From: Octopus vulgaris
Lineage: Eukaryota
Assembly: GCA_951406725.2 (NCBI GenBank)
Contig: OX597832.1
Coordinates: 29,636,001 to 29,700,000 of the forward strand
DNA: 64,000 nt
Direction: 5' to 3'
Shown here: piece after piece, positions 56,280-64,000 of the stretch
Layout: every line of letters begins with the position of its first letter
How positions within the stretch are numbered: the stretch's first letter is position 1
The notes under the pieces: model-generated
Database searches by the model: none
Told to the model about the DNA's origin: nothing
Seen by the model: only the letters and a program-made list of their open reading frames with translations
Position numbers and translations under genes: made by a program

Positions 56280-58888
56280 GTAATAATAATAACAGTAATA
56301 ATAATGGTAATAATAATAATAATTGCAGTTTACGATTGTTGGCATGTAGTACTTAAAATTTCAGTCTAGTTATTATAAACTTTACTGACACACACACACA
56401 AACACAAACATACATACATGCTCACACACACACACACACATCTACATACATACATAGATTACATATAATTTCACGACAGGATGTAAGGTCTTAAATGACA
56501 GGGTTTATATTAAGGTTTATAAGGTTTAATAACAGGATGTATACGACTAGAATCAGTACAGGTTAACAATCAGGTATATATATATATTTAGTATCATGGT
56601 GTATATAGTTTAATGACCAAATATATAGATAGACTTAAGGTATAACTTTATCCCTTTTTTCCATTTCTTTTAAGGTTTTGGTGTTTCTTTGTATAATTTA
56701 AATCTTTGTCACCAGTTGTAAAAGGATTTCATTAAATCTTAAATTTTGTAACACACACACACATACCATATTTTAATGCGGATAAAGAACCCTTTTTTGT
56801 CAAAAACTAGGTAAAAAAAATAAGGGAGTTTCTTATACATGGATAGTATTATAATCCCTTACAAAACCTTTTTTCCAAATTTTAAGCCCTCAAAATTAGG
56901 GGTTTCTTTATACATGCAGGTTCCTTATCCATGTTAAAATATGGTATATATACACACATGTACATAAAACATATATGCATATATATATACATGTGTGTGT
57001 GTGTGTGTGCGTGCGTACTTCTATGTACATTGGCATGTATGTATATATGTATGTATATATAATGCATGTATGTTGTTTATACTGGTGAAACAAACATATA
57101 TTTCCTGTATATTTTTGTATTTGAAAGAGACATTTGCAAAACAGACGAGACGTTATCATTTGTTATATTTTCTAAAATTGCGACTGTAATAATAACTTCA
57201 AGCAAAGGGACAAAGCCATAAATTTGTGGAGAGGGATTGAGCAATTAAATTGACCCCAGTACATCACTGGTATTTTATTTTATCAACCCCAGAGGAATGA
57301 AAAGTAAAGCTAACCTCTGAGGGATTTGAGCCTAAAACATAAAGAATTGAACCAAACACTGCAGGACATCTTTGTCTGATGCCCTAAGAATTCAACCAAC
57401 TCACCATTCTTTTATTAATAGGCGCAGGAGTGGGTGTGTGGTAAGAAGATTGCTTCCCAACCACATGGTTCTGGGTTCAGTCCCACTGTGTGGCACATTG
57501 GGTAAGTGTCTTCTACTATAGCCTCAGGCCAACCAAAACCTTGTGAGTGGATTTGGAAGATGGAATCTGAAAGAAGCCCATCATATATATATATGTGTGT
57601 GTGTGTGTATATATGTATGTTTGTGTGTGTGTTTATCCCCCCACCATCACTTGACAACCGATGCTGGTATGTTTACATCCCCGTCACTTAGTGGTTCGGC
57701 AAAAAGAGACCAATAGAATAAGTACTAGGCTTACAAAGAATAAGTCCTGGAGTCGATTTGTTCGACTGAAGGCGGTGCTCCAGCATGACCGCAGTCAAAA
57801 TGACTGAAACAAGTAAAAGAGTAATGGTTTCAAATTTTGGCACAAGGCCAGCAATTTGGGTGGGGGGGGGGTAAGTCAATTATATTGACTTCAGTGCTAT
57901 GCTGGTACTTATTCTATTGACACCAAAAGGATGAAAGACAAAGTCAACCTCAGAAGAATTTGAACTCAGGACAGGAAGATCAATAAAATGCCAGTAAGCA
58001 TTTAGCTTGGTGCAGTAACAATTCTACCATCTCTTGATATAATAATGAGCGTAGTGTTTTTATATATTTGTCCAGAATTAAGCTGGATGTGGAGAAGGAG
58101 AGAAAACAGTAATTCAGTGAAGGAAAAGTAGTGAGAGTAATAGCCCTGACTGAGAGGGAGTGAGAAAAAATAATAGCAATGAGAGAAAGGAAGGGGTGAA
58201 AAAAAGAAAATCAGCATTTCAACTCTTTGTGAGTATATGTGTGTATGTGTGTGCGCATACAAGAGAAGTATGTGCATGTTTGTGTGTGTGATTATTTTGT
58301 ACCTGTTTATATATAAAATACTATAGTTAGCCATCATTATTGACAGAACGTAGTCAGCTAATTATAATAATAATGATGATGATGATAAGTTCAATAATAA
58401 TTGATTCTCAATATCTGTTTCGAAAGAAAAGGGCATCAAGCTGGTAGAATCATGAGCATAACGGCCAAAATGCTTGGCAGCATTTCATCTGCTTCTACAT
58501 TGTGAGTTCAAATTCCACCAAGGTTGACTTTGTCTTTCATCCTTTCAGAGTTTATGAAATATGAATCGGTTGAGCACCGAGTTCGATATAATCAACTTCC
58601 CCCCACCCTCGAAATTACTGACTTTGCAGCAAAATGTGGAACCGATATCGGTTTTGAAAAAGCGTGAGTTGGCAGAAATATCAGAGGACATGGAGAGAAT
58701 GTCTTTCAGAGTTTGGTTCCATTTCTCTGTCTTGAGTTTAAATCCTGCCAAACTTGATTCCATCTTTTAAAGTACCAGTCATGTAACAGGGTCAATTCCT
58801 TTGACTATGTAAGCTGACTCCCTATAAAATATGGCTCTGTTCCTGCTGAAAAGGATTTGTTTTGTAATATAACTTTTTAAACTGTACA

Positions 58889-59425
58889 GTGTTTAAGACA
58901 TGTCTCAGATGTATATCATAGAAGTGTACTGTGTTAAGACATGTCTCAGATGTATATCATAGAAGTGTACTGTGTTAAGACATGTCTCAGATGTATATCA
59001 TAGAAGTGTACTGTGTTAAGACATGTCTCAGATGTATATCATAGAAGTGTTCTGTGTTAAGACATGTCTCAGATGTATATCATAGAAGTGTACTGTGTTA
59101 AGACATGTCTCAGATGTATATCATAGAAGTGTACTGTGTTAAGACATGTCACAGATGTATATCATAGAAGTGTACTGTGTTAAGACATGTCACAGATGTA
59201 TATCATAGAAGTGTACTGTGTTAAGACATGTCACAAATGTATATCATAGAAGTGTACTGTGTTAAGACATGTCTCAGATGTATATCATAGAAGTGTTCTG
59301 TGTTAAGACATGTCACATGTATATCATAGAAGTGTTCTGTGTTAAGACATGTCACAAATGTATATCATAGAAGTGTACTGTGTTAAGGCATGTCACAGAT
59401 GTATGCTATGGAAGTGTATAGTGTT
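58889..59425 (+). repeat. 41-bp minisatellite x~13 (GTGTTAAGACATGTCTCAGATGTATATCATAGAAGTGTACT)
   Basis: Near-identical head-to-tail units with no spacers. Confidence 0.97.
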
Positions 59426-59879
59426 ATCTTCAGAAGCAGGTATCAATCGGTCATCTGTATATCATTATGGCAGAAGCAAGTGTTGGTCAGTATAACAAGC
59501 CATTGGTCATTATGTATGTCATTATTACAACAGGACTCAAGTAAATATGGATTGTATATTTTTTCCGATTTGGTGTATTTATCAGTAAAAATGTCTTGAT
59601 TGTTGCCCAGTGATGCTATTTCATTAACACCCAGGCCCAGGTATGAAGAGATTGTCAAGGTGTGTTATGTGTCTGGTGTGCGTTCGTTTTCAATTATATA
59701 TTGGGTCATCTCATAAATAATGCGTTTTTTTTTTTATACTTCTTTTATTTTTCAACATTAAGAAGCAATTGGCAGCCCTGTTAACCCACAAAGTGTATGT
59801 GTGCATATATATATATATATTTATATATTGCTTTTTATTATTATATATATATATATAACTTAGATTGGTTTCGGCCATG

Positions 59880-60445
59880 ACTAACTCAATAGTACCACCT
59901 GGAAAACTCTTTTAGTTAATTATTTCAGGACACAATGGACCAGTTAAGCAGAGTTGTTGTTGATTGAGACATATCCAGGTGTAGGTGGATTATCCGGTAT
60001 TTCCTGGAGGAATTTGTCCAGGTACCATTTGAAAGTTGTGGTGTCTTTTTCTACTTTAATTTCTTTTGGGATAACATTGATAATGCAGGACCATTTGCAG
60101 TGAAGAAATTGTGTCGCAATGTTCTTGTGATGTGATCTCAACCTTTGTAGGGGACGCATTGCATAGGGGCCTAGTCTTGGGGGAACTGTAAACATAATAC
60201 CAATATCATTTGGATAATATTGGTGGAATATTTTCCATATGGTGCAAATATTTCGCTCACGGCGGCGTTGCAGAGAATAGAGCTTCAACTTTTTAAGTTG
60301 AGCCCAATAATCAAGTCCCATCATGCCATTTATTTTTTTAGTGTTTGATCTTTGTGGTGCTTCAATCCTCATTGTATCTTGTGTTTTGTAGGGGGACCAC
60401 AATGGGCAGCAGTATTCAAGGTGGGGCCTAGCGAAAGTTAATTTC
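59880..60445 (-). mobile_element. CR1/L2-group LINE 3' fragment
   Basis: ARPHLEYCCPLWSPY...LDYWAQLKKLKLYSLQRRRER...FKWYLDKFLQEIPDNP; frameshifted. Confidence 0.88.
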
Positions 60446-60519
60446 ACGAGCAGGCTGTTCCGTTGATCAGATCAACTGGAACCCTCGTTGTCGTAACCAA
60501 CGGAATGTCACTTGCCCCT

Positions 60520-60800
60520 TAATTTATGTTTTCAGAACACCCCTTTCCTGCTAAGTACCAAAAGCTATCGACAACTTCCAGAGAGCCATTCTGACATTCA
60601 AGACAATGCATTTCCCAGCAATACCCACTTTCTTCCTTAACTTGCTTGTAATTGCACTTCAGCTTTTGGGCATCCATAGTTTGTACTGGGTACACTGTAG
60701 GGGAATTCTCACAACTCCTCTTCTGCATATCAAGCAGGGTCAGATGAGACCCCGATGAGAGCAAAGTCCTGTTTTCTCTTCTATAAATAAATACTTTTAG
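60520..60800 (-). mobile_element. Highly decayed RTE LINE fragment
   Basis: SLEVVDSFWYL motif, matching the RTE fragment at 1-290. Confidence 0.6.
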
Positions 60801-61253
60801 TCTTTGCTGAAGATTCTCATTTCTAGATTAGACTGCCAGGTCTTTATTCTTTCTTTTTATTTGTTTCAGTCATTTGACTGTGGCCATGCTGGAGCACCAC
60901 CTTTAGTTGAACAAACTGACACCAGCACTTATTCTTTGTAAGCCTAGTACATATTCTAGAGTGGACTGAGTGCTTTCTATGTGGCACCAGCTCAGGCAAG
61001 GTCAGTTTTGGCATAGTTTTTACAGCTGGATGCCCTTCCAAATGCCAACCACTTCAGTGTGGACTGGATGATTTTTACATGGCACCAGAACCAGCCGGGT
61101 CACCAAGTAACTTGCAAGACAAGGAATTTTGAGAGGGGAGGGGGGCATCAAAGGACCGAATCTTGTGTCAGATGATGAAAGGTTAGAGTGAAAGAGAGAG
61201 AGAGAGAGGACAGAAACAAGTATCATGTTATAGAGGAGGTACATGGTTACCTG

Positions 61254-61284
<31 letters not shown>

Positions 61285-62251
61285 CCTCTTCCCAGCACAA
61301 AGGTAAACTATGTTTAGGCACAGGAGTGGCTGTGGTAAGTAGCTTGCTTACCAATTACATGGTTCCGGGTTCAGTCCCACTGCGTGGCACCTTGGGAAAG
61401 TGTCTTCTACTATAGTCTCAGGCCGACCAAAGCCTTCTGAGTGGATTTGGTAGATGGAAACTGAAGAAGTCCATCGTGTATATATATATATATATATAAT
61501 ATATATACACGATGGACAAATATATATGTATGTATGCGTTTGTCACCCCAACATCGCTTGGCAACCAATGCTGGTGTGTTTACGTCCCCGTCACTTAGCA
61601 GTGCTCCAGCTTGGCCACAATCAAATGACTGAAACAAATAAAAGAATATGTCTCATCTGTTTGCAATCAGTCCTGCTTTAATTTATTCCATAATCTGGTC
61701 CATCAATCTGATATTCATGTAGTTTCTCTTCCATAGTGTTACATTTGATCTTGTAGTGGTTGACAAGTTAACTGTGACCCCAGACAATGGGTATGGCGCC
61801 CTTTTGATTAATCCAAAATAACTATGTCTATGTGACCAGGGATTGATTTACCAGTATATTCAGAGCTGTATTTGACATTTCTATTTATATATCTTTCACC
61901 GAAGGATATAAACACCTAGAAATAATAATACAAAATAATATTAAAAAAATGTTTTTCAAACAGTCTCTTGAGATATTTGTTCTGCATTGAGTTATGGACA
62001 CTCCCATCATGAGAAATGTAGTGACCCAGTGAATGGTCAATAGTAAACCTGCAACCAATGAGATTTAGTCAGCAATTGGGATTTATGAAATATTAAAATC
62101 CTGATAAAGAAATAATTGACTGATTAACAGTGAATGAGGCAAGAAATTCGTTAATAAGAATTAGAAAATGTCTGGTTTGATTTATTATCAGATATTTACA
62201 TAAAGTGGTTTAGTTGCGAAATAAACTCAGGAAACAGGAGCAACAACAATA

Positions 62252-62311
<60 letters not shown>

Positions 62312-64000
62312 GTAATAATGGTGAAGAATAGAATTTGAAAACCAAACAAAACAAATAAAAAAAAATTAAAATAAATAAAACAGATCCGAGAAAGAATTGA
62401 ACTTAAAACCACTGTTTTCTGGTGTTGAAACATAAATAAATCTGTTTAACATGTATTTGATCTCAGTATCTCAGTATAACCCCTCTGACGCAGACAGCAG
62501 GACCACACACACATGCACACACACACACGCACTGGTTCTACTCTTTCAAACACACAGCATCTGCTCACTAAAGACAAAGGGATGCAGACAGGAAGTCCAC
62601 AGAGGAAGTAAGTTCCATTAAAAATGGCAGACAAAGAATGTTCCATTTATCACAGACATGGCTCAAACCAACGTTTCTTCTCTCTCACCACAAATTTTGT
62701 GCCAAGGCAAAGCAAGTCGGATCTTCCAGACCCTAATTTAATGGCTAATTTCTTTCGGACAATTTTGAAGGATATCAAAAACAGCTGATGTCTTTTCAGC
62801 ATTAGCTTTGATGTCTCAATCACATTTACATGTGACAGGGATGTCATCATAAATCAAGTTGGATATAAACCAACATTTAAATCACATCTATCATCTAACA
62901 TTTGTCATCTGTCAGGCTGGAAAGACTAACCATCAAATAGTTTTACAGCCAAAGTAGTAGCAAAGAAAACCAGATTCTTCAGAAGTGGGGGTAGGGGAGT
63001 CATAAATTCATCTGGCTTGGAGACATCACTTGAATCACAGATAGCGTCTCATAGGGGTGGGATAGGGTTGTTTATCAATTATGATTTAGCCAAAGCCTTT
63101 ATTTCAAACACCTGACCTCAACAGACTTGGAGGAATTTTAATCATTGTTAAATCATTAACGATGCTGAACATCTGGTTGAAAATTACGAGACAGAAAGAA
63201 AATGGCCATGGATGAGAGGAACGCAAAGAGAGGAGGTCGACCAAAGGAAAACATTCCCTGCCTAAAAGGTTCATGATAAATTAAAGAAATGCACACAAAT
63301 TCCATCCATGACGAAACAGGGGGGAAATAAAAAGAAAAAGAAAAGGAAAGAAAACAGGTGCTTGTTTGAAAGTGATTTTGGTAAAGAAGGCTGTTGGCAG
63401 TTGATAGTTTAAAACTGAAGAATATTCTATATGTTCACAACTTCCATTGGAATGGAGGAATGGTAAATACTAAGCTTGGCACCAACAACAGGAAAGAGAG
63501 TATTCAAAATGTTGTTTGAAGTAAAATTGATGAAAACTGGTGATTTTAACAGAAAAATAATATATTTTTTCCCACCATTATCATCATCTAGAAAATATTT
63601 CTTCATTTCTCTCTCTCTCTCTCACACAATGGTAAAAGACACACAGACATTCTTTTATTGTTTTTTAGTCACAGGTCTGGCCATACTGGGGCACCACCTT
63701 CTAGAGCACAAGGAATTATATCAACCCCAATTTCTTTTTTTTTTTTTTTTTTTTTTCTGATTTTGGAAGGATGGAAGGCAAAATGTGGGACTGGATGGGA
63801 ATTGAACTCTGCACTTCGAGGCATGCAACCGATGCCACAAAGTATTTTACAGATGCTCTACCGATTCTTAACCTATAAATTACGGAAATAAATAAATACA
63901 AGGACAAATAGCCAAGAATAAATAACAATATATTTGGTACAGTATGGTACAGTACAGGACACAGTTCAATACACTATACATTACAGTGTAGGACATAGTA

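Noticed and set aside
58889-59425. CRISPR-like array of ~41-bp repeats
   Set aside because: Units are head-to-tail with no unique spacers, there are no cas genes, and the context is eukaryotic; it is a minisatellite

Overview
AT-rich, microsatellite- and SINE-dense eukaryotic DNA whose repeat content points to an octopus (coleoid cephalopod) genome; this is an inference from repeat style, not a database match. The main feature is one complete, intron-rich gene on the + strand. I reconstructed it by hand as 25 coding exons (24113-54285). All introns are GT-AG and all phases are compatible, giving 3768 nt or about 1255 aa. The protein is a cadherin-related type I membrane protein: signal peptide, 7 cadherin (EC) repeats, a membrane-adjacent domain, one TM helix, and a ~370-aa tail with many Tyr motifs, two PxxDY motifs and a C-terminal class I PDZ ligand (-MTQL). 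Its motifs fit the PCDH15/Cad99C/CDHR5 microvillar/stereociliary cadherin branch better than the expanded octopus protocadherins. The rest of the window is decayed LINEs (RTE, CR1-like, R4/Dong-like), several SINE families, hAT/piggyBac/mariner/pogo-type non-autonomous elements, fold-back inverted repeats and mini/microsatellites. Several short repeats and fold-backs carry minimal type I hammerhead-ribozyme motifs of the kind known from Penelope-like elements; the best is at 15665-15785. Almost all long ORFs in the supplied track are microsatellite artefacts.
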